64,000 nucleotides of DNA from an uncultured Pseudomonadota bacterium (lineage in GTDB: Bacteria; Oederibacteriota; Muellerivitia; Muellerivitales; Muellerivitaceae): contig CAWJKT010000010.1 in NCBI GenBank assembly GCA_963843375.1, positions 64,001 through 128,000 of the forward strand. Reading direction: 5' to 3'. A program made the position numbers and the translations under genes. Below the pieces are notes generated by a model. That model was not told the DNA's origin and did no database searches. It was given only the letters and a program-made list of their open reading frames with translations. Positions 1 to 9,587 of the stretch are shown piece after piece (the stretch's first letter is position 1; each line of letters opens with the position of its first letter).

Positions 1-882
1 TTGACGGAAGAGATCCAACAGTAGACTCCGGGATCCAACCAGGCCCGCCGTTTGTTCATAGCGGAACTTGTCCGCCCAAGCCACCATCGGCCGGAACATC
101 AACTGATCATAGAGGACGATGGTGATTGTCATCGCCAAAATCGCCCATCCAACCGCCGGCAAATTCCGCTGGTTAATGGCCAGTGCGACGTAGGATCCGA
201 TTCCCGGTAGGGCTACGTTGATCGTGCCCACCGTGATTGCCTCGGATGCGACGACAAAGAACCAGCCGCCGGACATTGACATCATGGTATTCCAGATGAG
301 CCCAGGCATCGCGAAGGGCACCTCAATGCGCCAGAAGCGTTGCCAGGCGGATAAACGGAACCCCCGGCCAGCTTCATCCAGGTCGGTTGGAATTGTCCGC
401 AAGGACTGATAGAAGCTGAAGGTCATATTCCAGGCTTGGGAGGTGAAAATCGCGAAGATTGCGGCTAGTTCCGGACCCAGGACGCTTCCGGGAAATAGCG
501 AGATGAAAAAAACGACCGTAAAGGACAAGTATCCGAGCACGGGAACGGATTGAAGAACGTCGAGGAGCGGGATGAGAATCATTTCCGCTCGGCGGCTCTT
601 GGCCGCTGCGGTGGCGTAGGTAAAGGTGAAGAGCAAGGAGGCTAGGAGGGCCGCGAACATCCGAAAGGTTGTTCGAAGGGCACAAACCGGAAGGGTCGAA
701 GGAGATAGTGAAATGGTAGACGGCTGCGCCAAGGTAAAAGGCCCGGTCAACTGGCGCGCACCCGATCCCACGAGAATCACGATCCCCAAGACAAGGATCA
801 GTGCCGCCAAATCTCGCCAACCGGGGATTTGCGGCTTCCACGTTTTTCCGATGAGTATTTCCGCGTGCTGTTCCACGTTCAT
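1..882 (-). CDS. NitT/TauT-family ABC transporter permease (5' part; runs off window edge)
   Basis: Manual translation from ATG at 882: MNVEQHAEIL...LIPLLDVLQSVPVLGYLSF...FTSQAWNMTFSFYQSLRTIP...MSGGWFFVVASEAI, typical of this permease family; not in the ORF track because there is no stop in the window. Confidence 0.85.
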   Translation of the reverse strand, partial: MNVEQHAEILIGKTWKPQIPGWRDLAALILVLGIVILVGSGARQLTGPFTLAQPSTISLSPSTLPVCALRTTFRMFAALLASLLFTFTYATAAAKSRRAEMILIPLLDVLQSVPVLGYLSFTVVFFISLFPGSVLGPELAAIFAIFTSQAWNMTFSFYQSLRTIPTDLDEAGRGFRLSAWQRFWRIEVPFAMPGLIWNTMMSMSGGWFFVVASEAITVGTINVALPGIGSYVALAINQRNLPAVGWAILAMTITIVLYDQLMFRPMVAWADKFRYEQTAGLVGSRSLLLDLFRQ

Positions 883-931
883 CCTCTCACTGGTTTAATG
901 AAGATGATAGGTTCAAGCCTTTGGCATGGCT

Positions 932-945
932 ATGACAGGAGTCAT
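932..945. promoter_or_regulatory. Crp/Fnr-type box ATGA-caggag-TCAT (bidirectional)
   Basis: Palindrome between divergent permease and dedA; -10-like TATTCT at 968 (+) and TATCAT at 909 (-), both starting 29.5 nt from the centre. Confidence 0.75.
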
Positions 946-981
946 GTTTTATCAGTGATTTAAGCCCTATTCTAAAAAACT

Positions 982-1563
982 ATGCTCCATTGGCTTCATT
1001 CTTTATTGCCTCACATCTCCCATTTTGGATACTTGTTCGTCTTTATTGTCGTGTTATTGAAAAATATTGGTATTCCTTTGCCGGGCGATACGATTCTTTT
1101 GGGGACGGGATTTATTCTTGGAAAAAACGCTATTTCACTTTGGCAATCCATGGTGGCGGGAACGGCCGCTTGTTTTTTGGGCGGCTTTTGGGTTTTTTGC
1201 TGGGTCGTGGTTTGGGTTACAACGTATTTAAAAAAATCCATTGGCTTCATCTCACTACGGTGAGGGTGAAATGGGATGAAAGTTTTTTCAAACGCCATGG
1301 TCCCAAGGCCGTTATTATCGCGCGAATTATCTTCTTGCTTCCGCCTTTTGCAGCCAACCTGTTGGCAGGAATGGCGAAAATGCGATGGGGGGGTCTTTCT
1401 TTTTTACGATTTCACAGGATCGGCGGCCTATGCCTGTAGCTACATTTTGATAGGATGTTTTTTCGGAAAAAAGTGGAAACTTCTTCAAGCTTGGTTAGGC
1501 CCTATTGTGCTCTATTTGATTATGGGAGGGGTAATTTTCATCGTTTTTAGGATTTATTTTTAG
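982..1563 (+). pseudogene. DedA-family membrane protein, split by two frameshifts (real decay or assembly error)
   Basis: GIPLPGDTILLGTG in 982..1263, FFKRHGPKAVIIAR...NLLAGMAKMRW in 990..1439, FLFYDFTGSAAY in 1276..1563. Confidence 0.75.
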
Positions 1564-1749
1564 GGACTTTTTATCGAAGTTGTGGGGTTTTCTTTTCTCG
1601 AAACCAGGTAAACGAAATTAATTAGGTAGTGGACGCTTCCTCCGCCTCTGTTTCTCAAGAAATAAAATAGGTTTAATTCTTTTAGGGTTTCTGCAGGAGT
1701 CCTGCTTGTTTAGCTGGAATACGACTCTCCTCCTTTGTTTTGAAATTAT

Positions 1750-1763
1750 ATGAGCCCCGTCAT
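1750..1763. promoter_or_regulatory. Crp/Fnr-type box ATGA-gccccg-TCAT
   Basis: Upstream of Ric-like gene 1; GAAAAT at 1786 (29.5 nt from centre). Confidence 0.7.
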
Positions 1764-1843
1764 GTGGGGCGGGCTGGGAAGGATGGAAAATAATGATCTG
1801 AAAGAGTCGGCTGTTTTTCAGCCTCGGTGAAAAGAGGGAAGGG

Positions 1844-2578
1844 ATGAAAATCGATCCAGCACAAACGGTGGGGCAAATCGCTGTTGAAAGCAAAGAGGCT
1901 ATCCCCGTTTTCGAAAAATACAACATCAATTATTACAGCGAAGGGAATAGGTCCTTGCGGGACGCCTGTTATCTCGCCGGGGTTCCCTTGGAAGAGATTT
2001 GTCCTGTCTTGGAAAAACTTCGGCACCATCCCCAAGTGTGGTATCGGCAGGAACCGGACTGGTGGAATGAATCCATGGCGGATTTGATCGTCTATATCGT
2101 GGGGGTGCACCACCGTTATACCCGTTCGCAACTGAGCCGTATTGAGGAAATGATGGATGCCCTGACGACGCAAAGGGGGAAGTCGAATTCCGAATTGATT
2201 GCGGCAAAACGGCTTTTCTTGAAACTGGCCGAAGACTTGAGGAACCACATGTTGCAGGAAGAGGAAGTGGTATTCCCATATCTCATTCAGGCTGAAAGGG
2301 CGAAGGAACGAAATGAACCGGTTCCGAGACCATTCACGGGCTACAACAGTTTCACCCATCCCATCCGCGCCATGTTATTTGAACATGGCATGATGGACCG
2401 AGAATGGAGAGATATAGTGAGGTTGACTCATCATTTTGAGCCCCCCCTTTCTCAGCGTAAATTGTTTCGGCCTCTTTACGAGGCAATGAAGGAATTGGAA
2501 AAGGACGACGAAAAACACGTCCATCTGGAGAACAACATCCTGCTTAAAAAAGCCGCCCAAATGGGCCTCTTGGATTAG
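1844..2578 (+). CDS. Ric/YtfE/ScdA-like di-iron protein, paralogue 1
   Basis: ScdA_N-like start (TVGQIAVE...VFEKY...GNRSLRDAC) and hemerythrin ligands HHRY, HMLQEEEVVFP, EH, HVHLENNIL. Confidence 0.85.
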   Translation: MKIDPAQTVGQIAVESKEAIPVFEKYNINYYSEGNRSLRDACYLAGVPLEEICPVLEKLRHHPQVWYRQEPDWWNESMADLIVYIVGVHHRYTRSQLSRIEEMMDALTTQRGKSNSELIAAKRLFLKLAEDLRNHMLQEEEVVFPYLIQAERAKERNEPVPRPFTGYNSFTHPIRAMLFEHGMMDREWRDIVRLTHHFEPPLSQRKLFRPLYEAMKELEKDDEKHVHLENNILLKKAAQMGLLD

Positions 2579-2636
2579 CCCTGGTCAAGGCCACTGATTC
2601 CAAAGTTTTCGTTCATAAAACCCTTTTCACAAATCT

Positions 2637-2650
2637 ATGATGGGAGTCAT
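2637..2650. promoter_or_regulatory. Crp/Fnr-type box TATGA-tgggag-TCATA
   Basis: Upstream of MacB-like gene; TAAATT at 2673 (29.5 nt); SD AAGGAGG follows. Confidence 0.75.
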
Positions 2651-2697
2651 AAGGTTTTTTCTTTTATCCTCCTAAATTTAAATTAAGGAGGTAGTTT

Positions 2698-4669
2698 ATG
2701 ATCCTTATTGAAGCCAAAGATCTTTTTAAAATCTACCACCTCGGAACTAATGAAGTGCGGGCCTTGGACGGTGTATCCCTGACAATAGAAACTGGGGAAT
2801 TCCTCGCCATCATGGGTCCCTCGGGGTCTGGCAAGTCCACCATGCTCCAAATCCTGGGCCTTTTGGACACCCCGGATTCGGGTTCCTACAAGTTATTGGG
2901 AAAAGAAGTTTCCAGCCTTTCCGAGGACGAACTGGCGGTTATCCGCAGCCAGACCCTCGGCTTCGTCTTCCAGACATTTAACCTCTTGTCCCGCACCAGC
3001 GCTCTGGAAAATGCCGCTCTTCCTCTGCTTTACGCCGATCCCCACACCCCCCACGACGATCCCAAAATACTTCTGGAAGAAGTGGGCCTTTCCAAAAGGG
3101 AGGATCACCGGCCCAATGAGCTTTCGGGGGGCCAGCAACAAAGGGTGGCTTTGGCCCGGGCTTTGGTCAATCGGCCTAAGTTGATCATGGCGGACGAACC
3201 AACCGGAAACCTGGACACGAAAAGTTCCATGGAGATCATTGGTCTTCTGGAAAAATTGAACTCGGAAGGCATCACAATCATCATGGTCACTCATGAGGAG
3301 GATATCGCTCGGCACGCTCATCGGGTCATCCATATGCGAGACGGGAAAATCGTAGGGGACCAGAAAGGCCATGGCCACACCGCCAAACTCCGGGAAGGGC
3401 GGGCGCCGAAGGTTTCGACTGAAACCAAAGTCTTTGCAGCCTTTAATCCCAAGCGGGTGGAAGAGTATTTTAACCAAGCTTTTCGGGCGCTAATGGCCAA
3501 CAAGATTCGTGCGGCGCTGTCCTTTCTGGGCATCCTGATCGGGGTGGGGGCCGTCATTACCATGCTGGCGATCGGCACCGGAGCCCAAAAGTCCATGCAG
3601 GAACAGATGGCCTCCCTTGGGACCAATTTGATTGTGCTGGTTCCTGGTTCCATACAAGTTGGCGGAATTCAGCAAGGCACCGGTTCCTGGAGTCGTATTC
3701 TTCCGGAATATGCTTTGGCGATGTCCAAAGTTCCCATGGTCAAGGCGGTGGCCCCCGAGGTCACGGGTCGGGTCCAGACAACTTACGCGGATCAGAACTG
3801 GAACACCCTTTTGAGTGGGACCTCGCCAAGTTACGCCGAAATGCGGGATGCCGAACCGATTTATGGGCGTTTTTTTAGCGAGGATGACGTGGACCGCCGT
3901 AAGAGGGTGTGCTTGCTGGGTATGACCGTGGTCAAACAGCTTTTCGGGGAAGCCAATCCCATCGGGGAAAACATGAAAATCAACAGAGTCAGTTTCCAGG
4001 TGATCGGGATATTGCCGGTCAAAGGTTCCAACGGTTTCCAGGACAGGGACGACCTGATCGTGGTGCCCTATACCACCGCCATGCACCGCCTTTTCGGCAA
4101 ACTCTACGTTAACCAGGTGGATATTGAGGTGGACAAACTGGAGAACACGGACGCCTGCGGGGACGCCGCAAAGGCTTATATGATGAAACTCACGAATATC
4201 CCCGAACTGCCGGGTAATGAGAACGCCTACATGGTTCGCAACATGGCGGACATCCAGGCCATGTTCACTAACATGACCAAAATTATGACCTTGCTTGTTG
4301 TCCTGTGTGGCGGCCATTTCACTGTTAGTTGGAGGAATCGGAATCATGAATATCATGTTGGTTTCGGTTACCGAGCGAACGAAAGAAATCGGTTTGCGCA
4401 AGGCCATCGGAGCCAGGCGTCTGGATATTCTTTCACAGTTTTTGATTGAGGCTATGACCATTAGCCTGATGGGGGGAGTGGCGGGTATCCTCATGGGCTG
4501 GGGTTCTTCCCTCGCCATTTCCTTCTTTGCGGGATGGCAAACCATTATCACGCCTTTCTCCGTGATCATCTCCACCCTTTTCTCGGCATTCGTTGGAATT
4601 GCCTTTGGGCTCTGGCCCGCCTATAAAGCTTCCCGTCTGAGCCCCATCCTGGCTTTGCGGTATGAATAA
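2698..4669 (+). CDS. macB: MacB-type fused ABC ATPase/permease (one frameshift near 4295-4305)
   Basis: Walker [26 protein letters not shown]; MacB periplasmic core; C-terminal FtsX domain ([21 protein letters not shown]...LRYE) in ORF 4295..4669. Confidence 0.85.
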
Positions 4670-4747
4670 AAAACCAGTTTGACCTTGGGTCAAAAAAACT
4701 TCTTAGGAATTTTTTTATCCTTCCAATTCTGTTAAATTGAAAAGACC

Positions 4748-5914
4748 ATGCACCTTTTGCCCCGAATTTCCCTTTTTCTGACCGTTACCTGGTTCGTTCT
4801 TTTCGGGCTTCATTATTACATCTGGGCCCGCCTCATTCGAGACACCGGATTGGCCAAATCTGGGCGGTTGGGACTGACCCGTGTGCTCATCGTTCTTGGA
4901 CTTCTGATTCCTATCGGATTTGTCCTTACCCGTTCCGCACCCCTGACCGTTAGCAGACCGCTTCTTTGGCTGGTTTATACTTGGCTTGGAATGGCTTTTT
5001 TCCTGAACGTTTTATTGTTCTTGACTGACATGGCAAAGTTACTGACGGTGACCTTTCCTTTAAAGTTACGGGGCCGACCCCTTGATCCCGAACGGCGTCT
5101 GTTTCTTGCCCAAATGGTGGGAGTTGGGGTTGTCCTTTCCAATCTGGGTTTGTCGGTGTTGGGCTTGTTCAACGCCACGGCTGCCGCTGTTCGGGTGAAA
5201 AAAATCCGAGTGGCTTTGTCGAAACTGCCACAAGACTTGAAAGAATACCGGATTATTCAGGTGAGCGATATTCATATGGGGCCGACGATCGGCCAGGATT
5301 TTATCCAAACGATCGTTCGAGAAGTGAACGCCCTTAAGCCGGACCTAGTGGCCATCACAGGAGACCTAGTGGACGGCACCCTGACCCAATTGGAAGGGCA
5401 AACCGCACCCCTGAAAGAACTTCGGGCCCGTGATGGGGTTTTTTTCGTGACAGGAAATCACGAGTATTACACGGGGGATGTGGATGAGTGGTTGGCTTGG
5501 CTTTCGGGTATTGGAATCCGTTCCCTGCGTAATGAGCATATTACGATTCGAGGCGGATTCGATTTGGCGGGAACGGATGACTTTTCGGCCAGAGGCAACG
5601 GCCATCATCAGGACATCCCCAAGGCCCTGGAAGGGCGGGGAAAGGACAAACCCGTCATTCTAATGGCCCACCAACCCCGTTCCTTCCATGAAGCCAAGGG
5701 TTTGGGGGTTGACCTTCAACTTTCCGGGCACACTCATGGGGGTCAAATTTATCCTTTTACTTATGTGGTGGGTCTTTTCCAGCCCTATATGGCGGGTCTT
5801 TATCAGGAAGGGAATTCTCAGCTTTACGTGAGCCGGGGGACTGGCTATTGGGGCCCTCCCATGCGCCTGGGTTCACCGGCGGAAATAACGGAGATCACCC
5901 TCTTCCCAAGTTGA
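4748..5914 (+). CDS. Membrane-anchored metallophosphoesterase (YkuE-like)
   Basis: N-terminal TM helices; motifs SDIHMG, TGDLVDG, GNHEYY, LSGHTHGGQ. Confidence 0.9.
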   Translation: MHLLPRISLFLTVTWFVLFGLHYYIWARLIRDTGLAKSGRLGLTRVLIVLGLLIPIGFVLTRSAPLTVSRPLLWLVYTWLGMAFFLNVLLFLTDMAKLLTVTFPLKLRGRPLDPERRLFLAQMVGVGVVLSNLGLSVLGLFNATAAAVRVKKIRVALSKLPQDLKEYRIIQVSDIHMGPTIGQDFIQTIVREVNALKPDLVAITGDLVDGTLTQLEGQTAPLKELRARDGVFFVTGNHEYYTGDVDEWLAWLSGIGIRSLRNEHITIRGGFDLAGTDDFSARGNGHHQDIPKALEGRGKDKPVILMAHQPRSFHEAKGLGVDLQLSGHTHGGQIYPFTYVVGLFQPYMAGLYQEGNSQLYVSRGTGYWGPPMRLGSPAEITEITLFPS

Positions 5915-6215
5915 ACCTGAATCATCCTTTCGATTGATGTTTAAGATAGAAAATTTAACAAAAGACGGGGATTGAAAGTTTTTGGAATCTAACACACTTA
6001 CTCTTGTCGTTGCCGATCCCGTAATATGGTTCTATACTTCCTTCGGCAAAAAGCACGGAAATTTTGTTTCGCTGTGGTTCCTCGGCTCTCGCAAAGGCCG
6101 CTAAGTTTCCCAGCCGCTTGAATCTGGTGAAATCGAGTTAAAAGGATATATTATCTCTCCTTCGTCCCCATCAATCCAACGGCGTCAATCGTTAAGACAA
6201 CGACTCCTGGCTTTT

Positions 6216-7427
6216 TTGGCCGTCATGGGCCCGGGCCTAATCGTCATGCAGGCCGACACGGAAGCGGGCAGTATCACCACGGCGGCGGTGGCGGGAGCCC
6301 AATATGGCTATTTATTGGTGGGGATGCTTCTCGCTTTGGCGATCCCCCTTTATGTGGTTCAGGAAATGACCGCCCGCCTAGGTTCCGTCACCGGAAAGGG
6401 CCATGCCTATCTCATTCGGAAAAAATATGGAATGGGGTGGGCCTGGGTATCCCTTTCCATTCTGTTTATCTGCAATATCGCCGCCCTGGTTACTGAGTTC
6501 GCAGGGATCATGAGCGCGGCCCGGATCGTCCATGTCCCGCCCTTTGTATCGGTTGCGGTTTCCGCGACTCTCCTTTTATTCGTGGTCATGAGCGGTTCCT
6601 ACCGGAAAGCCGAATATATCGCGCTGGGATTCTGCCTGGCCGATCTTCTTTTTATCCCGGCGGCATTTTTAGCCCATCCGGACTGGGGAGAGGTTACCCA
6701 GGAAGTTTTTTCCGTTCCTACACAAGCTCTGACTCGTGATTTCGTGCTGGTGATCATCGGACTGATCGGGGCGGTCATCATGCCCTGGATGATTTATTAC
6801 CAACAAAGCGCCGTGGTGGACAAGAAGTTGACTGAAAAAGACCTGCTTTTTGAACGATGGGACACAGGCATTGGGGCGGTCGTGACCGAACTGGTCATGG
6901 CTTTCATCGTCATTTCCACTGGGGCTACCCTTTATACCCACCATCTTTCCATCGATGACGCGGCTCAAGCCGCAACCGCCCTCATTCCTTTGGCTGGAAA
7001 ATACGCGGGAACCCTTTTTTCAGTGGGCCTGATCAGCGCGGCTTTCCTGGGGGCTTTTGTAGTGGCGGTTTCCACCGCTTGGGCCTTTGGTGAGACATTC
7101 GAATGGCCCCACAGCCTCAATAATCGCCCTCCCCAGGCTAAAAGATTTTATGCTCTTTATGCGGCGGGGGTGGTTTTAGCGGCGGCGATCGTGCTGATTC
7201 CGAACATTCCCCTAGTGACCATTACGGTCTTGGTGGAGGCGGGGAACGCCCTCTTATTGCCTATCGTTCTGATTTTCCTTTTGCTTTTGACAAATGACAA
7301 AGAATTATTGGGCGAGCATGTCAATAATTGGAAATCCAACCTACTTGCCATTGCCACAGGTGTCGCTATCATTTTATTGGGGCTCCTAACGGTGGTTATG
7401 ACGATTTTTCCGGATTGGAAACCCTGA
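6216..7427 (+). CDS. NRAMP-family divalent metal transporter (NRMT-like; true start probably further upstream)
   Basis: GPGLIVMQADTEAGSITT, QEMTARLG, GAVIMPWM; about 11 hydrophobic segments; lacks the canonical DPGN motif. Confidence 0.85.
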   Translation: MAVMGPGLIVMQADTEAGSITTAAVAGAQYGYLLVGMLLALAIPLYVVQEMTARLGSVTGKGHAYLIRKKYGMGWAWVSLSILFICNIAALVTEFAGIMSAARIVHVPPFVSVAVSATLLLFVVMSGSYRKAEYIALGFCLADLLFIPAAFLAHPDWGEVTQEVFSVPTQALTRDFVLVIIGLIGAVIMPWMIYYQQSAVVDKKLTEKDLLFERWDTGIGAVVTELVMAFIVISTGATLYTHHLSIDDAAQAATALIPLAGKYAGTLFSVGLISAAFLGAFVVAVSTAWAFGETFEWPHSLNNRPPQAKRFYALYAAGVVLAAAIVLIPNIPLVTITVLVEAGNALLLPIVLIFLLLLTNDKELLGEHVNNWKSNLLAIATGVAIILLGLLTVVMTIFPDWKP

Positions 7428-7563
7428 TTCTTTTTTTGAGAAATCCAAATGCATTTGAATCGCTCCATGGATTTTTCTTTCTGAATGTCAGTGGGGAGGT
7501 AAAGCCAGCCGGAAATCTCTCTTTTTTCCCTAATGTGGTTTCCTTTCATCGAAAAGCGCAAAT

Positions 7564-7577
7564 ATGATCCAGATCAT
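7564..7577 (+). promoter_or_regulatory. Crp/Fnr-type box ATGA-tccaga-TCAT, promoter of the putative ncRNA
   Basis: TATAAG at 7600 (29.5 nt from centre); predicted transcription start about 7612. Confidence 0.75.
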
Positions 7578-7611
7578 GTTTATTGTCCGATGGAAGTTGT
7601 ATAAGTAAATT

Positions 7612-8022
7612 TGTAGAAAGTGTTCCAAGGTAAAGCACCCCAAGGGTGTGGCGGGGACTGAGGTCCCAAACCGAAAAAGAGCACTGCCGTCGAAAGCTGG
7701 AGGAACTGGTAAGGATTCCGGTTTTAAGCGCCTTATAGGCTGCTACGGGGACTGAGGTCCCAAACCTTCAAGGAACCCGGCCTGGCGAAGCCAGTGAGTT
7801 ATATCGGAATATTTAAAACGGTTGTCATGCCGTTGTTGTTGAAGCCCGAAGTGGGGCTTTTCAAAGTATTTGTTGGAGGTATGTCGGTACAATCGTCGGA
7901 AAGGTTCACCGGTTGCGTTTCAATGACGCGGGGCAAAGGCCCAAAACTAACAAAGAACCTTGCTGAAGATGTTGCTGATGGTCGTGAAAGCCCCGGGACA
8001 CAGGGTCCCGGGGCTTTTTTAT
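7612..8022 (+). ncRNA. Putative ~410-nt structured non-coding RNA with repeated three-way-junction modules
   Basis: Own promoter box and intrinsic terminator, no credible ORF, dense complementary segments, internal 21-nt repeat. Confidence 0.65.
7652..7766 (+). repeat. Two exact 21-nt direct repeats CGGGGACTGAGGTCCCAAACC (7652-7672, 7746-7766); degenerate third copy 7929-7947
   Basis: Read directly; each contains hairpin GGGAC-tgag-GTCCC; third copy is CGGGGC-aaag-GCCC-AAAAC. Confidence 0.9.
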
Positions 8023-8024
8023 TT
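7987..8024 (+). terminator. Rho-independent terminator
   Basis: AAAGCCCCGGGAC-acagg-GTCCCGGGGCTTT followed by a T-run. Confidence 0.9.
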
Positions 8025-8069
8025 GGTGGAAAGGGTTTTTGAGACTTTTTTACTGTTATCGGACTCAAT

Positions 8070-8083
8070 GTGATCTTGGTCAT
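8070..8083. promoter_or_regulatory. Crp/Fnr-type box GTGA-tcttgg-TCAT (variant)
   Basis: Upstream of Ric paralogue 2; GAAAAT at 8106 (29.5 nt), same hexamer as at paralogue 1. Confidence 0.65.
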
Positions 8084-8134
8084 GTCGCTCATAAAAAATG
8101 AGAGGGAAAATTAAATTGGGGGAGATGAATAATT

Positions 8135-8914
8135 ATGAAAATAATTCCATCCCAGACCGTTGGTCTTATTGCGGTGAATCTGAAAGAGTCCATCCCGGTA
8201 TTTGAGAAATATAAAATCAATTACTACAATCAGGGAAGCCGCAGCTTGAAAGATGCCTGTTATTTGGCCGGGGTTTCGTTGGAACAGGTTTCCTTGGAAT
8301 TGGAGACTTTGGTTTCAACTTCTGGCGAATGGTACCTCGATAAAAAAGACAGGCGTAACGAGCCCATGGTGGCGGTAATGGATCATAACGTTAAGACCCA
8401 CCATCACTACATTCGTAAACAGTTGGACCGGATTGAAAAAATGCTGGAAACCCTGATGAATCCCACCCGTCCTCCGGTTCCGGTTGTCTCCCAAATCCGC
8501 CCCTTTTTCGATGATATGTCCCGTAATTTAAAAATCCATTTGCGCCGGGAAGAAGAGGTTGTTTTCTCCTATTTGTTGGAGGTGGAAATGTCCATGGAGA
8601 CAGGGAGGACTCTTCCGCTGACCTTCAAGGGGTATAACGCCATCACGCATCCCTTTCGTATGCTTCAGGATGACCATGGGATGATGGATAACGAGTGGAT
8701 GAAAATCGAGGAATTGACCCATGGGTTTACTGCTTCCGACGATGCCGATTCGACTCTCAAAGAACTCTACCAGGCCTTCCGGGAAATGGAAAAGGACAAC
8801 CGCAAACATTTGCATTTGGAAAACAACGTTTTGTTTCATAGGGCCATTCAATTAGGTCTTTTAAGTAATGGAGAAAAAAATGGGAACCACGTCCAAGAAA
8901 CGCCCCATCTTTAA
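8135..8914 (+). CDS. Ric/YtfE/ScdA-like di-iron protein, paralogue 2
   Basis: Clearly similar to 1844..2578; HHHY, HLRREEEVVF, DDH, HLHLENNVLF. Confidence 0.85.
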   Translation: MKIIPSQTVGLIAVNLKESIPVFEKYKINYYNQGSRSLKDACYLAGVSLEQVSLELETLVSTSGEWYLDKKDRRNEPMVAVMDHNVKTHHHYIRKQLDRIEKMLETLMNPTRPPVPVVSQIRPFFDDMSRNLKIHLRREEEVVFSYLLEVEMSMETGRTLPLTFKGYNAITHPFRMLQDDHGMMDNEWMKIEELTHGFTASDDADSTLKELYQAFREMEKDNRKHLHLENNVLFHRAIQLGLLSNGEKNGNHVQETPHL

Positions 8915-9587
8915 GAACAGGGAAGAAGCGGCCATGCTTCTGGCTCGGAGGCTGTTGCCTTATCGGGGGTTGAAGCCCCTGGTCTTGGGGGTACCGCGGG
9001 GCGGTGTTCCCATGGCAAAGATCATATCGGAGAAACTTCTGGGGGATTTGGACGTGGTTTTGGTTCATAAGCTTCAGGCTCCGGGAAATCCCGAATATGC
9101 TATCGGAGCCATATCGGAGGGTGGGACACTCTATCGGCCCCCCTATCCTCAACACCAGTGGATTCCAAAAGAATATCTTGACCGAGAAATCAATTGTGAG
9201 CTTCACGCCTTAAAGCAAAGGCGAAAACTTTACACACCCCATCATTTAGCCCAGAAAGCCGCCAACCGGATCGTTATTGTCGTGGATGATGGCATTGCCA
9301 CCGGATCCACCTTGCTTGCGGCTATGGGGGAATTGGATAGCCAAAAACCGGCCAAGGTTGTGGTGGCGGCGGCTGTTGCCCCTCCTGAGGCGGTTGAAAG
9401 GTTAAGAAAAGAAGCGGACGAAGTATTTATTTTGTCTATATGCCCCGACTTTTTGAAAATTAGCGATTTTTTTAAAGATTTTACCGAGGTGCCCGACACT
9501 GAAGTGGTTCGGATATTGGAGAATTCTTCTGCTTCCAAGCCAGGAATATCGAGGGATAACGCCCCTCTCAGAGGGAGGATGCGATGA
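8880..9587 (+). CDS. Phosphoribosyltransferase-family protein 1
   Basis: FKNREEAA, LGVPRGGVP, VIVVDDGIATGST; SD GGAG favours ATG 8880 over 8868. Confidence 0.85.
   Translation: MGTTSKKRPIFKNREEAAMLLARRLLPYRGLKPLVLGVPRGGVPMAKIISEKLLGDLDVVLVHKLQAPGNPEYAIGAISEGGTLYRPPYPQHQWIPKEYLDREINCELHALKQRRKLYTPHHLAQKAANRIVIVVDDGIATGSTLLAAMGELDSQKPAKVVVAAAVAPPEAVERLRKEADEVFILSICPDFLKISDFFKDFTEVPDTEVVRILENSSASKPGISRDNAPLRGRMR

Noticed and set aside
7629..7672. c-di-GMP-I riboswitch (GGTAAA-hairpin-GGCG resembles its P2) or hammerhead ribozyme (CTGAGG)
   Set aside because: Lacks the GNRA loop, the following CAAAG and P3; lacks the CUGANGA/GAAA hammerhead core; the downstream gene has its own promoter box
7652..7766. 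CRISPR array from the 21-nt palindromic direct repeats
   Set aside because: Only two exact copies, a 73-nt structured interval, and no cas genes in the window
7690..7900. CsrB/RsmZ-type sponge (several GGA triplets)
   Set aside because: Most GGAs fall in predicted stems or linkers rather than repeated ANGGA hairpin loops; not fully excluded
7794..8092. ORFs 7794..8042 (+) and 7799..8092 (-)
   Set aside because: No usable SD, both run through the terminator hairpin, and neither has protein-like motifs
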